Both the position numbers and the translations under genes were made by a program. A stretch of 64,000 nt of DNA from Chlamydiota bacterium (GTDB lineage Bacteria > Chlamydiota > Chlamydiia > Chlamydiales > SM23-39). The notes beneath the pieces are model-generated. The model saw only the letters and a list, made by a program, of their open reading frames with translations. It had not been told where the DNA came from and did no database searches. Below, piece by piece: positions 16,648 through 26,028 of the stretch. The DNA is taken from the NCBI GenBank assembly GCA_048498835.1, contig JBEHXF010000004.1, forward strand, positions 1,307 through 65,306, in the 5' to 3' direction. Each line of letters opens with the position of its first letter. Positions within the stretch are counted from its first letter, which is position 1.

Positions 16648-17991
16648 TTAATTCAATACTACCGTATTCGGTTCGCTTTCCTGACCCAAATCATTTACAG
16701 CAGTCACCGCATAAAGAGCTGATCTCGATTTGTTTTGATCGTGATTCTCGTATTGTATCGTTGAACCATCGACACTGCCAATTTTCACCCCATTTTTATA
16801 AATATAATAGGCCACTACACCACTCGAATCACTTCGAGCCCACTGTAGCAGAGCGCAGTTTTCGTAGACTAATCCAAAATCATTCGTCTGATATCTTCCT
16901 GACAAACCAGTTGGCGGATTTGGCCCTGTAGCGAAATAAATTGCAATGCTATTGGCAGTACCCACAGCTAAGATGGTTGTTTCAACGGGCCCTCCAGAAA
17001 GCGAAAGAGTCCATAAAGTCGCATTGCCCGATGGATCTAATCCAACAATATACGCCCGTTCATCGGAAGAAAAAGCAACCGCATTTGCAATGCTGCCCCC
17101 ACCCGATCCCATCGATAATGCTTGATAAGAACCGACCGTTCCATCGGCTGCTACAGGCCAATAAATGGGGACGTTTCCGCCTCCTTGACCCACAAAAATT
17201 CCCTCTCCGGAGGGGAGAAAAGCCACATCATGTCCATAGCTATTTCCACCTGTGCCTAAATTTATGGCGCTACTCGCTACGTTATCAGGCGTGACCGTCC
17301 AATAACAAGCCTCGCCTGAGGTCGTAGATCCGACAATATACGCTACATCCTCAGGAGTTACAGCGACCCCATATGCGCTTGACGATCCACCAGATTCTCC
17401 ACCAACTAACGTGTAAGGTCCATTGATGCCCATGTCGGTAATGAGCCAATAGCAAGCATTGGTCATATTATCTAGGCCTGCAATATATCCTATTCCAGAA
17501 GAGGCATAAGCTACGCCGTAGGCGTAACCACCTGCATCTAATGCGATCGAACTCCCGACAACACCTGAAGAAGAAATAGGCCAACGGGCGGCGTTTCCAT
17601 CTCCATCTACTCCAACTATTGATCCCCCGCCTAATGGATTAAAAGCCACACCGATAGCCTCCGCTCCGCTATCTGGATCGCCGATCTGATTCAGACTGCT
17701 CGCGACTCCACTTGGAGATACAGTCCAATAATTAGGAACATAGTCATCGCCATCATCTGTTGCACTGCCGGTGATAAATACTTGTTGTGAAGGAGAAATC
17801 GCGACTCCCGCCGACTCAGCCTCCTCAAAACCCCCTGTATCCAACAGTTGAGTACTGCTTGGAGTGCCTGGAGTTGTAATGGTCCAATAAGCTGCAGCGC
17901 CAACATCATCTCCACCTACAATATACACTGTGTCTGCATAGAGAGAAGAGAACAACAAAGTGAAAACAAGAAGGCGAATTCTATTCATCAT
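16648..17991 (-). CDS. secreted 7-repeat (beta-propeller-like) protein with a C-terminal fibronectin type III-like domain
   Basis: ORF track 16648..18009. I prefer the start MMNRIRLLVFTLLFSSLYA at 17991. There are seven roughly 48-aa repeats, each ending in x-YW/RW/LW-x-(I/V/L)-x (AAYWTIT, PNYWTVS, AARWPIS, ACYWLIT, ACYWTVT, PIYWPVA, ATLWTLS). The tail PPTGLSG...LQWARS...YYIYKNG...YAVTAVN is FN3-like. Confidence 0.6.
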   Translation of the reverse strand: MMNRIRLLVFTLLFSSLYADTVYIVGGDDVGAAAYWTITTPGTPSSTQLLDTGGFEEAESAGVAISPSQQVFITGSATDDGDDYVPNYWTVSPSGVASSLNQIGDPDSGAEAIGVAFNPLGGGSIVGVDGDGNAARWPISSSGVVGSSIALDAGGYAYGVAYASSGIGYIAGLDNMTNACYWLITDMGINGPYTLVGGESGGSSSAYGVAVTPEDVAYIVGSTTSGEACYWTVTPDNVASSAINLGTGGNSYGHDVAFLPSGEGIFVGQGGGNVPIYWPVAADGTVGSYQALSMGSGGGSIANAVAFSSDERAYIVGLDPSGNATLWTLSLSGGPVETTILAVGTANSIAIYFATGPNPPTGLSGRYQTNDFGLVYENCALLQWARSDSSGVVAYYIYKNGVKIGSVDGSTIQYENHDQNKSRSALYAVTAVNDLGQESEPNTVVLN

Positions 17992-18063
17992 AAAAATACC
18001 ATTTTCCAAAAGAAAGCGGTCAAGCTTACATCAAGAAAAAAATTTAGTCAAATTCGCAGCCGA

Positions 18064-18924
18064 TCAATGGGGCAGCTTGATTTTATTTGAATCGACTCTT
18101 CTTCCTGCTAAAAAATGATACTTTCCATTCTTCATATGACTGATCATCAAGATCGGAAGTTCTGCCGTTCCAGAATGAATATATTCATCGTTACCTAGAT
18201 AGAGGCCCACATGAGTAATTCTTGATTCACCAAAAAAAACAAGATCGCCCGGCTCCAGCTCTTCCTCCGAAACTGAAATAAAGAGATCGCAAGCGGCTTG
18301 TTCACGAGAATTGCGAGGAATTTGCAATCCCATTTCCTTAAAGAGCATTTGAATAAAACCGGAGCAATCAAAACCAAAAGATGAAGTTCCACCCCAAGTG
18401 TAGGGAAGCCCTAAAAATTTTTGGCTAAAAGTAAGGATCTCTTCCAAAGTTTTAGGTTTTGGAGAAAAGTCGATATCGCCCCTTTGAATCCAAGCCTTTT
18501 CCCCCGAAATCAGTTCTATTGGAACCCAGCGTTCACCTTTATCGACAATTTCATCCAATTTTACCCAAGTCCCATACGGAAGCGTGAGAAGAGGAGGATA
18601 AGGAGTCGTATCGGTCACTCGATAAATGTGAGCGTAGAGATTTTTAACCGGGCGCAACTGCTCATTATTTTCATAAGAGGGATTCGTGATTAGCTCGCAA
18701 GATAACACCCATCCTTCGCCTCCATCTTCTAACCTGACTTTAGACCAATCATCCCTTCGATCCACGATCTCTACGACACTTCCATAAATCACTTGGTAAT
18801 CAATTTGCGTATCTTCTTCAGGCTGTAAGTAGACATTCGCGATGGATCGATTGATGAGTTCTCCGACTATTGGCTTTGGAGCACTAAAAAAAATTCCAAT
18901 TAAACAGATGATCAAGCGATCCAT
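18064..18924 (-). CDS. NlpC/P60 (C40) cell-wall peptidase with SH3-like N-terminal domains
   Basis: ORF track 18064..18990. Start set at the ATG at 18924 (MDRLIICLIGIFFSAP). Catalytic region GLPYTWGGTSSFGFDCSGFIQ ... ITHVGLYLG ... IHSG. Confidence 0.85.
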   Translation of the reverse strand: MDRLIICLIGIFFSAPKPIVGELINRSIANVYLQPEEDTQIDYQVIYGSVVEIVDRRDDWSKVRLEDGGEGWVLSCELITNPSYENNEQLRPVKNLYAHIYRVTDTTPYPPLLTLPYGTWVKLDEIVDKGERWVPIELISGEKAWIQRGDIDFSPKPKTLEEILTFSQKFLGLPYTWGGTSSFGFDCSGFIQMLFKEMGLQIPRNSREQAACDLFISVSEEELEPGDLVFFGESRITHVGLYLGNDEYIHSGTAELPILMISHMKNGKYHFLAGRRVDSNKIKLPH

Positions 18925-18932
18925 AAGACACC

Positions 18933-20135
18933 CTAGGTACCTTCCCTTCGTTTTTCCGCGCGCTTGAAACAGAAAAGAACGAAAGACCAAGTTTTTTCAA
19001 AAATACGGCAAAGCGCTCCATTGGCCACTACATTCGAGCAGGTAATCAAAGGATCTAAAATGACGTTAAAAGCAAGGATGATCGCGATCATTTCTGCATT
19101 GAAGCCGAGATAAGACTCATAAATTGGCAACATGACAAAGATTGCTCCCCCAAGAACCGCCGCTGTAGCAAAACGAGCTAAAACGAAAACGAGGGTAAAC
19201 GGAATCCAAACAGAAAGCGCTGGGACATTCCCATTGAAATGGAGATAAATCAAAAAACAGAGAAATGTATTCGCAATACAGTCTCCAATTTGTTGAATAT
19301 TTGTCGTTGCAGGAATGACCGCCTTCGCAAGGTCTGGATGATCCAAATTTTTCGCCGCGCCTTCAATCGTCCAAGGCATCGTTGACAAACTACAGCCCGA
19401 ACTAAATGCAACCCCTGCCGCAGGAAGCAAATTTTTTACACTCCTTAAAAACCCCTTCAATCCACTTCCCAATATAAAAAGAAGCGCGATGTAACTGCCC
19501 AAACACAATAAAAGCCAGAAGAGGAAATCGGCATAGTGAGAGAACAGTTGACTGAGAAGTCCCGTTTTATACATTCGGGTAACAAAGCCGAGAATAAAAA
19601 GAGGGATCAGGCGCGAAAAGACTTGGGTCAGAATCGTCTCTGCCACCTCTTTACCACGCGTGATCAGCGACCGCAGACCAGGAAGTATAAAAACAGAGAT
19701 CAAACCGGCGATGATTCCGATCATAGTCCCTTTATCGGCCGACCACCAAACTGGTTTAGTCAAAGGAACGCGCCACAAAGGATCAAACACATCGGTAAAA
19801 TGATACGGCTCAAGAGTCTTGAGCTGTCCAGCTACTAAATGGCCCCACCCAAACGAATACCAAACACTCATCGAATTAGAGAGCGCCTCAAAAACAAACA
19901 GAGAAATAATAAAAAGAGGAGCGCGTTTCTCAAAAGAAGAGATGGCGTAAGCGATAAATAGACTGACCGTAAGAGGCAAAAACCACAACAAGAGATCTTT
20001 TATAAAAAGACTCATCGCATACAAGCCGCGATGCACTTCCATTGGCAGAGAAGAGGCTAAAGAGAGGTAGAGGGCAATAATTAAAACGATCTGAAAACTT
20101 CGCTGACTCGCTGCTCTAGCTATGAATTTTAACAT
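18933..20135 (-). CDS. dicarboxylate/amino acid:cation symporter (DAACS/SDF family)
   Basis: ORF track 18933..20219. Start moved to the ATG at 20135 (MLKFIARAAS...), because the first 28 codons run through a tRNA fragment. SSGCSLSTMPWTIEGA and IPATTNIQQIGDCI resemble the SDF reentrant-loop motifs. Multiple TM helices. Confidence 0.65.
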   Translation of the reverse strand: MLKFIARAASQRSFQIVLIIALYLSLASSLPMEVHRGLYAMSLFIKDLLLWFLPLTVSLFIAYAISSFEKRAPLFIISLFVFEALSNSMSVWYSFGWGHLVAGQLKTLEPYHFTDVFDPLWRVPLTKPVWWSADKGTMIGIIAGLISVFILPGLRSLITRGKEVAETILTQVFSRLIPLFILGFVTRMYKTGLLSQLFSHYADFLFWLLLCLGSYIALLFILGSGLKGFLRSVKNLLPAAGVAFSSGCSLSTMPWTIEGAAKNLDHPDLAKAVIPATTNIQQIGDCIANTFLCFLIYLHFNGNVPALSVWIPFTLVFVLARFATAAVLGGAIFVMLPIYESYLGFNAEMIAIILAFNVILDPLITCSNVVANGALCRIFEKTWSFVLFCFKRAEKRREGT

Positions 20136-20177
20136 CGCACCCACCGAATTAGAAATGAACTCGTGGTTTGCTATAAA

Positions 20178-20232
20178 TGATCGGAGCGAGACTCGAACTC
20201 GCACGGTTGATTCAACCAAGGGATTTTAAGTC
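20178..20232 (-). pseudogene. tRNA-Leu(UAA) 3'-half fragment (anticodon loop to discriminator), direct repeat of 23533-23587
   Basis: 51/55 identical to the 3' part of the intact tRNA-Leu at 23533-23616, in the same orientation. It lacks a matching 5' acceptor strand, and its anticodon stem cannot pair. Upstream similarity decays to about 10/20. Confidence 0.85.
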
Positions 20233-20495
20233 TCGCCCGTCTTCCTAACAGCGCGAAACGCGCCCTAACAACTGCAGAGAGAAATTACCACATTTCCCCC
20301 TTTCGATGCACTCAATTGTTAGCAAAACCCCGCGAAAGTTCTGTGGTGTTCTGACCCAAATTTAGCCCACATAAAAAACTACAAACGCCTCATCCCACTC
20401 ACAACCCAAATCAGCTTCCTATGAAAATCTTCCCGAGCCTTCCTAATTAAAAAAAAATCTCGATTTCTGAATTCAGTTAGGCATATTCTGGGGAA

Positions 20496-23357
20496 ATGAG
20501 AAAGATTGTCTTTATAGCTGCTGTTATCTCTTATTTTCATTTATTTGGTGCTTCTGGCACATGGACTGGGGATTCTGGTAGCAATTGGACAACGAATGCC
20601 AATTGGGATCCAGGGCCCTATCCTGATAGCAGTTCTGAAACTGCAACGTTTGATGATAGTGGGCAAACGGGGGCGGTAGGTGTCAACGCGCTTGTTCATG
20701 TTGGCACGATAAATTTTTCTGCATCTTCGCTTAATTATACCTTGAGTCCTGTTTCGGCCGGTACTCTGAATCAAACAACTCAAATTAACGGAACAAACAA
20801 TTCAAATTCAACAATCTCTTGCGACATAGGTAATATTGGAAGTTTAATAACAATTTCCGTTGATTTGGGATCGCAAATTGCTATTTCGGGAAAGCTTACA
20901 ACAACAGGCTCTTTAACAAAAACAGGATCAGGTACATTAACACTTAGTGGCGCGAGTGCCAATGCTTTTACTTTTGGAGCTCACATAAATGGAGGCATAT
21001 TAAACATTCAAAAAAATGGAGCAATAGGATTTGGTGCTGCATCTGTCGCAGATGGGGCGCAGCTTCAATTGCAAGGCGGAGTGACACCAACTAGCGCATC
21101 GATGACATTGAATGGAACAGGTGGCGGAACAGGCGCTCTACTAAATATTTCTGGGAATAATACTTATTCGGGTTCGATATCACTGGCATCCGATACGACA
21201 ATTGGATCAACTGCGGGAACAATGACACTTGGTGCAATCAATGCGCAAGTTAGCAAGGCCCTTAATTTGACATGTGCGGGTGCTGGGAATGTAAGAATTA
21301 ATGGAGTGATAGGTTCACGTGTCGTTCAATTAACAAAAAATGATAGCGGAACTCTTACGTTGGCCGGAAACAATGCTTATACGGGTGGAACGCTCATTCA
21401 TGATGGGATACTTTCAATAGGAAGTGCAAATAATATAGGCGGATCAAGCGCACCGGTTACTTTGGCCGGGGGTACGCTTTCTGCAACGGGGAATGTGACC
21501 TCATCGGCAGCGATTGCAGTAACGAATAGTTCAACGATTACAACAGCTGCATCACATTTTACAACGTTGAATGGAACTTTAACAGGATCAGATGGTGCTA
21601 TACTAAACCTGATGGGGGATGGAACAAATGTGCTTTCTACTATAGCTGTTGGAGAAGGCGATTCATTTACTATCGCAGGGGCCTTTGGCGGAAGTAGTGC
21701 TATGACAAAAACAGGCAATGGAACTCTCATTATTACCGGAAATAACGCTTTATTTACTGGTCCTATGAGTATTAATGCAGGAGAATTGAAAGTAAACGGT
21801 TCATTGTTAAATAGTTCTTCATTGACAATATCTGTAAATACAACATTAAGTGGAACGGGATTCTTGGGCCCAATTACCTGCTATGGAACTCTAACACCTG
21901 GGAATTCTGTAGGCACAATATCTTCAGGAAATGTTGTATTAGAAAGCAGCTCTTTATTTTTTGTTGAATTGGATCCCACAGGAGCTTCTCTTTTGGATGT
22001 CACAGGAAGCGCGGCTTTGAATGGAACACTCGAAGTTGTGCAAAATACCGGGCTTTATGCTCGTAGCGGACAGTACCCTATTTTGCAAACAACAGACGGG
22101 TTAAGTGGCTCTTTTTCATCTATTTTGTTGTCTCCTTTAAGTGGATTTACTCTTTCGGTACAGGAAAGTGGAAATGATCTTATTTTGGTTTATAACTCAG
22201 GCCTTTTAACAGAAGGACTTTCTGGTAATGCGTTAAAAATTGGAAATTATTTAAATCAATACGGTACTGCAGATGCCATTAACCCTCTTTTGAGTTTGAA
22301 TGAAAATGCATTGAAAAATGCTTTAGAGAGAATATCTCCATCTAGAAATGCTTATAGCGGATACATTTCTAATTTAAATGCATTTTCAGTAAATAGATTG
22401 ACAAGTTCTCATATCGATTATTTAAGGGTCTTAGATAAAGTGTCACCAAAAAATCCAGTTATTGCTGCTTTTCTAGCGGACGCTTCAGGATCAATTCCAA
22501 CTCCTGTCCATGTTGAGAAATCAAAGCATTTTTCTACTTGGATTTCGGGCTTTGGAGAGTTTGCTTATCAGGATGGATTTAATCAAAATCCTTCATTTAA
22601 TTTTATTTCAGAGGCAGTGCTCGTTGGATTTGATTATCGAGTTCCACTTAGAGGGATGGTCGGAAGTTCTCTAGGTTATCTACACACTTGTTTTTACGAT
22701 GATGAAAGAATGGGGCATGGCAACACTAATTCTGGATTTTTTTCATTCTATGGAGATGTTTTAATCAACTGTTTCCACATTGAACCTGCTCTTCTTGGTA
22801 TCTTTAATGTAACAAATAATACCAGAACCATTGCATTTTCTGATTTTTTTGCAAATGCACATGCAAATATCTACTCTTGGCAATTGGTTCCACATTTAGA
22901 AGTTGGTTATGATTTTGATCACGATTTCCTTGATGTGCATCCCTTTTCATCAGTTGATTACGCATTTAATTGGCAAAGAGGATACAAAGAAACTAATGCT
23001 ACACCTTATAATGCAACTCAAAGTAGCAAAACAACCTCGATGATTCGTAGCGAAACTGGTCTAAAATTCTTTCAAACTTGGATGTTTGATTGGGGATCTA
23101 TTTTTCTTAAAGAAAAGGCAAGCTATATCTTTGCAAAACCATTTGGAAATACCGTTACAGCTTTCTTTACAGGAACTCCAAATACATTTACTGTTACAGC
23201 TCTTACTCACAATCTTAATCTGGGCTCCATTGGCCTAGAATTTTTTTCCAATGTAGGCACAAAATCTCCTATCGGGATTTCTCTGAGCTATGACGGTGAA
23301 TTTGGCTCAAATTACATTTCTAATGAAGTAATGGTTACTTTGGAAAAGAGTTTTTAA
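20496..23357 (+). CDS. classical (type Va) autotransporter adhesin-like protein
   Basis: 953 aa. Signal peptide MRKIVFIAAVISYFHLFGA. Repeated autotransporter-associated beta-strand repeats (KTGSGTLTLSGAS..., NDSGTLTLAGNNAYTGGTLIHDGILSIGS, KTGNGTLIITGNNALFTGPMSINAGELKVNGSL). The C-terminal roughly 280 aa form a beta-barrel translocator ending ...VMVTLEKSF. Confidence 0.85.
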   Translation: MRKIVFIAAVISYFHLFGASGTWTGDSGSNWTTNANWDPGPYPDSSSETATFDDSGQTGAVGVNALVHVGTINFSASSLNYTLSPVSAGTLNQTTQINGTNNSNSTISCDIGNIGSLITISVDLGSQIAISGKLTTTGSLTKTGSGTLTLSGASANAFTFGAHINGGILNIQKNGAIGFGAASVADGAQLQLQGGVTPTSASMTLNGTGGGTGALLNISGNNTYSGSISLASDTTIGSTAGTMTLGAINAQVSKALNLTCAGAGNVRINGVIGSRVVQLTKNDSGTLTLAGNNAYTGGTLIHDGILSIGSANNIGGSSAPVTLAGGTLSATGNVTSSAAIAVTNSSTITTAASHFTTLNGTLTGSDGAILNLMGDGTNVLSTIAVGEGDSFTIAGAFGGSSAMTKTGNGTLIITGNNALFTGPMSINAGELKVNGSLLNSSSLTISVNTTLSGTGFLGPITCYGTLTPGNSVGTISSGNVVLESSSLFFVELDPTGASLLDVTGSAALNGTLEVVQNTGLYARSGQYPILQTTDGLSGSFSSILLSPLSGFTLSVQESGNDLILVYNSGLLTEGLSGNALKIGNYLNQYGTADAINPLLSLNENALKNALERISPSRNAYSGYISNLNAFSVNRLTSSHIDYLRVLDKVSPKNPVIAAFLADASGSIPTPVHVEKSKHFSTWISGFGEFAYQDGFNQNPSFNFISEAVLVGFDYRVPLRGMVGSSLGYLHTCFYDDERMGHGNTNSGFFSFYGDVLINCFHIEPALLGIFNVTNNTRTIAFSDFFANAHANIYSWQLVPHLEVGYDFDHDFLDVHPFSSVDYAFNWQRGYKETNATPYNATQSSKTTSMIRSETGLKFFQTWMFDWGSIFLKEKASYIFAKPFGNTVTAFFTGTPNTFTVTALTHNLNLGSIGLEFFSNVGTKSPIGISLSYDGEFGSNYISNEVMVTLEKSF

Positions 23358-23532
23358 TAGGATTTAATATTGTTGCCTGAATTTTCTCATAATCCACTTC
23401 CCCAAAATCAACTCATGGATCAAATTTAATCCCTCCTTAAAGATACTTCGTTTCGATTCTATATAAATCAGGGTTTGCCGATTTCACGACCGCATTTTTA
23501 AGAGATTTTTCGTTTATTTTCTATAGATAAAA

Positions 23533-23616
<84 letters not shown>

Positions 23617-23622
23617 ATGGAA

Positions 23623-23643
23623 AGGCCTCATATTATGAGGCCT
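23623..23643 (-). terminator. palindromic hairpin downstream of the 23650-24417 gene
   Basis: AGGCCTCATA-T-TATGAGGCCT is a perfect palindrome 6 nt after the stop. On the minus strand it is followed by TTTCC, a weak U-tract. Confidence 0.45.
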
Positions 23644-23649
23644 AGGCGA

Positions 23650-24417
23650 TTATTCTTCGAGCTTATTGTCTTTTTCGTTGTTTTCGTCGTCAGTTGGCTT
23701 CATTTGATCGAAATCATCCGATTCTTCCGCTTCTTCGTCATTTGACTCGGTAAACGCTTCTTCTTCTACTGACTCGGTGGTTTTGTAACGTCCGAGGGTT
23801 TCTTTGATAAGCGTTGAAGGAGGCGGAAACAACTTCGAGATGAACGAAGGGGCCTTCAGCTCCTCAGGAGGAGAGGCTGGAGTCTCTTCATTCAGCTCGG
23901 GTCCTTCTTCTGGAGTTGGCGCGGCGCCTGCATCCGCTGGTGGATGCGGACGATGCTGGGGATCTCGATCACGGCCACCACGGCGTCCGCGACGACGGCG
24001 ATCTCTCTTGCGATCGTTATGGCCATTTCGTTCTTGTCCTCGATCTGAAGTCGCTTCTTGCGGTTGCGCTTCCGGAGATTCTTCACGTGGCGCACGCTCT
24101 TCATGAGTTTGTTCACGTTGCGGGCGAAGAGGAGCGTCGCGTCCACCGCCAATCTTGAGAGAGCGGTCGGTAGAGACGTTCTTAAGGACCATGCGGGTTT
24201 CACGTAACTCGAGGATTTCGTAATCACTCACAGGTACGAGAAAAGATTTTGGCCTTTCTGAAGAGCGAAAGAAAAAAGAATGCCCAAAAGATACAACTTC
24301 AACGGCATCGACATAATAGTCTTCTTGACCGTTCGCTTTACTGCTGCGAACAACGAGTTTGCAGCCCTCGCGAGGGGTTATCACGGTCTCGATAATAGGT
24401 TCTCGTGTAAAATTCAC
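23650..24417 (-). CDS. conserved-looking hypothetical protein: about 85-aa folded N-domain plus a highly charged disordered tail
   Basis: 255 aa. N-terminus MNFTREPIIETVITPREGCKLVVR...YEILELRETRMVLKNV. The rest is R/D/E/P-rich low complexity (DRKRDRRRRGRRGGRDRD). It sits next to gap, like CT504 in C. trachomatis as I recall. Confidence 0.6.
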   Translation of the reverse strand: MNFTREPIIETVITPREGCKLVVRSSKANGQEDYYVDAVEVVSFGHSFFFRSSERPKSFLVPVSDYEILELRETRMVLKNVSTDRSLKIGGGRDAPLRPQREQTHEERAPREESPEAQPQEATSDRGQERNGHNDRKRDRRRRGRRGGRDRDPQHRPHPPADAGAAPTPEEGPELNEETPASPPEELKAPSFISKLFPPPSTLIKETLGRYKTTESVEEEAFTESNDEEAEESDDFDQMKPTDDENNEKDNKLEE

Positions 24418-24474
24418 TGGATTTACCGAATGTTAAGGGTTTAGCGCTTGGGAGGATGGGAAAAGCCATAGTCG

Positions 24475-25482
24475 TCACTCTTTCGAAGCCATATACTCCA
24501 GCAGGTCGACGACGCGTTGGGCATAGCCCATTTCATTGTCGTACCAAGCGATCAATTTATAAAATCTTTTGTTTAGAGCTATCCCTGCGAGCTTGTCGAA
24601 TATGCAGGAATAGTGACTACCGATCAGGTCAGAAGAGACCAATTCTTCATCTGTCGTAGACAAGATGCCTTTGAGGTCTTTCTGAGATGCGGCGTCCATG
24701 CAGGCGCAAATTTCTTCATACGAGGTGTCCTTAGAAAGGCGCACCGTTAGATCAACCACCGAGACATCGGGGGTCGGTATGCGAAAGGCCATACCAGTGA
24801 GCTTGCCTTTTAATTCTGGGAGGCAAAGAGTCACTGCTTTAGCAGCCCCTGTAGAGGCTGGTATGATATTGAAGCCAGCAGCTCGTCCGCCGCGCCAATC
24901 CTTATGAGATGGGCCATCGACAGTTGGCTGACTAGCTGTGAGAGAATGAACGGTTGTCATCAACCCCTCTTCGATGCCGAAGTTCTCTAAGAGAACTTTG
25001 CACAGCGGAGCGAGGCAGTTTGTCGTGCAAGATGCATTGCAGAGGACAGTATCTTTTTGCGGATCGTATTTTTGATGATTTACACCCATCACGTAGGTGG
25101 GCATATCATCTTTGCCAGGAGCAGTAACCAAAACTCTTTTGGCTCCAGCTTGCAAATGTTTTTTGGCATCTTCCATATGGGTAAAACGACCAGTCGATTC
25201 CACGATGTAGTCGACTTGGTGTTGTTGCCAGGGAAGCTTAGTGGGATCTTTTTCAGCAGAAACAGCGATTTTGTGACCATCGATCACCAGAGTATTTCCG
25301 TCAGCTTTAACCGACTTCAAAAAAGTGCCATGCACCGTGTCGTGCTTAAATAAATAGGCTAAATTATCTGGAGGAACTAAATCGTTAATCGCTACAACTT
25401 GAAGTTTTGGATTGGCGAGTGCGTTGCGGAGTACGAGTCTCCCGATTCGGCCAAATCCGTTAATTGCAATCCGTTTTACCAT
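24475..25482 (-). CDS. gap: glyceraldehyde-3-phosphate dehydrogenase
   Basis: 335 aa. [13 protein letters not shown] (NAD-binding), active site [10 protein letters not shown], and WYDNEMGYA near the C-terminus. Confidence 0.96.
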   Translation of the reverse strand: MVKRIAINGFGRIGRLVLRNALANPKLQVVAINDLVPPDNLAYLFKHDTVHGTFLKSVKADGNTLVIDGHKIAVSAEKDPTKLPWQQHQVDYIVESTGRFTHMEDAKKHLQAGAKRVLVTAPGKDDMPTYVMGVNHQKYDPQKDTVLCNASCTTNCLAPLCKVLLENFGIEEGLMTTVHSLTASQPTVDGPSHKDWRGGRAAGFNIIPASTGAAKAVTLCLPELKGKLTGMAFRIPTPDVSVVDLTVRLSKDTSYEEICACMDAASQKDLKGILSTTDEELVSSDLIGSHYSCIFDKLAGIALNKRFYKLIAWYDNEMGYAQRVVDLLEYMASKE

Positions 25483-25542
25483 AATCTACCTGGAGGCCAA
25501 GAAATCGTTAGAATACCTCAAAAAAATACGGATGTAAAGCCT

Positions 25543-25588
25543 TAAAAAAAAACCACTCGTGTCAGAAGATTCTGAAAACGAGTGGTTC
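25543..25588 (-). terminator. Rho-independent terminator after rplQ
   Basis: The minus strand reads AACCACTCG-(19-nt loop)-CGAGTGGTT followed by T9. The stem is 25579-25587 / 25551-25559 and the T-run is 25544-25552. It lies 15 nt downstream of the rplQ stop. Confidence 0.85.
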
Positions 25589-25602
25589 TTATGACTTGCA
25601 AG

Positions 25603-26028
25603 TTACTGAACGTATTCGATCAAGCAAGTTGGAGCGCTATCGCCGATTCGGTCAGCGCCGCGGATGATACGTGTGTATCCCCCGTTACGCGTCTGGAATC
25701 TCTCACGCAGCTCACCAAACAGTTTGCCGATGACGATACGATCGCGAGAAAAAGACTCTTTTTTGCCAGCTTTCACTTCGCGTGCATCTTTATTCGAAAG
25801 CGGATTGAATTCGATTTTCAGAGCAGCAACCGCGTTACGGCGGGAAGCTAACGTATTCTTTTTTGCGAGCGTGATCATTTTATCGGCATGGCGGCGCAGC
25901 TCTTTCGCCTTAACAACCGTTGTTGAAATGCGGCCATTTTCAATGAGCGATTTCAACATATTTGCAATCATGCAACGGCGGTGGGAGCCAGTGCGGCCGA
26001 CTTTAAATGTGTGTTTTCCGTGTCTCAT
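25603..26028 (-). CDS. rplQ: 50S ribosomal protein L17
   Basis: [18 protein letters not shown]... ; ATGA overlap with the rpoA stop; conserved position. Confidence 0.95.
   Translation of the reverse strand: MRHGKHTFKVGRTGSHRRCMIANMLKSLIENGRISTTVVKAKELRRHADKMITLAKKNTLASRRNAVAALKIEFNPLSNKDAREVKAGKKESFSRDRIVIGKLFGELRERFQTRNGGYTRIIRGADRIGDSAPTCLIEYVQ

Noticed and set aside
20136-20219. N-terminal 28 codons of the DAACS transporter ORF in the ORF track.
   Set aside because: These codons are read through the tRNA-Leu 3' fragment (20178-20232). The internal ATG at 20135 starts directly at the first TM segment.
20178-20262. Possibility that the tRNA-like fragment is a second functional tRNA-Leu.
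   Set aside because: There is no 5' acceptor strand complementary to TCCGATC. The anticodon stem pairs at only 3/5 positions, and the D-arm region is degenerate. I call it a fragment or pseudogene.
20244-20270. CCTAACA-GCGCG-AAA-CGCGC-CCTAACA: a small GC hairpin flanked by 7-nt direct repeats, just inside the islet.
   Set aside because: It is short and unique in the window. It could be a leftover recombination site, but nothing else supports that, and such a feature is too easily produced by chance.
23804-24227. 100-111-aa ORFs on both strands within the 23650-24417 gene.
   Set aside because: They arise from the GC-rich, low-complexity Arg/Asp/Glu-coding region. The minus-strand 255-aa frame has the folded N-domain and proper context.
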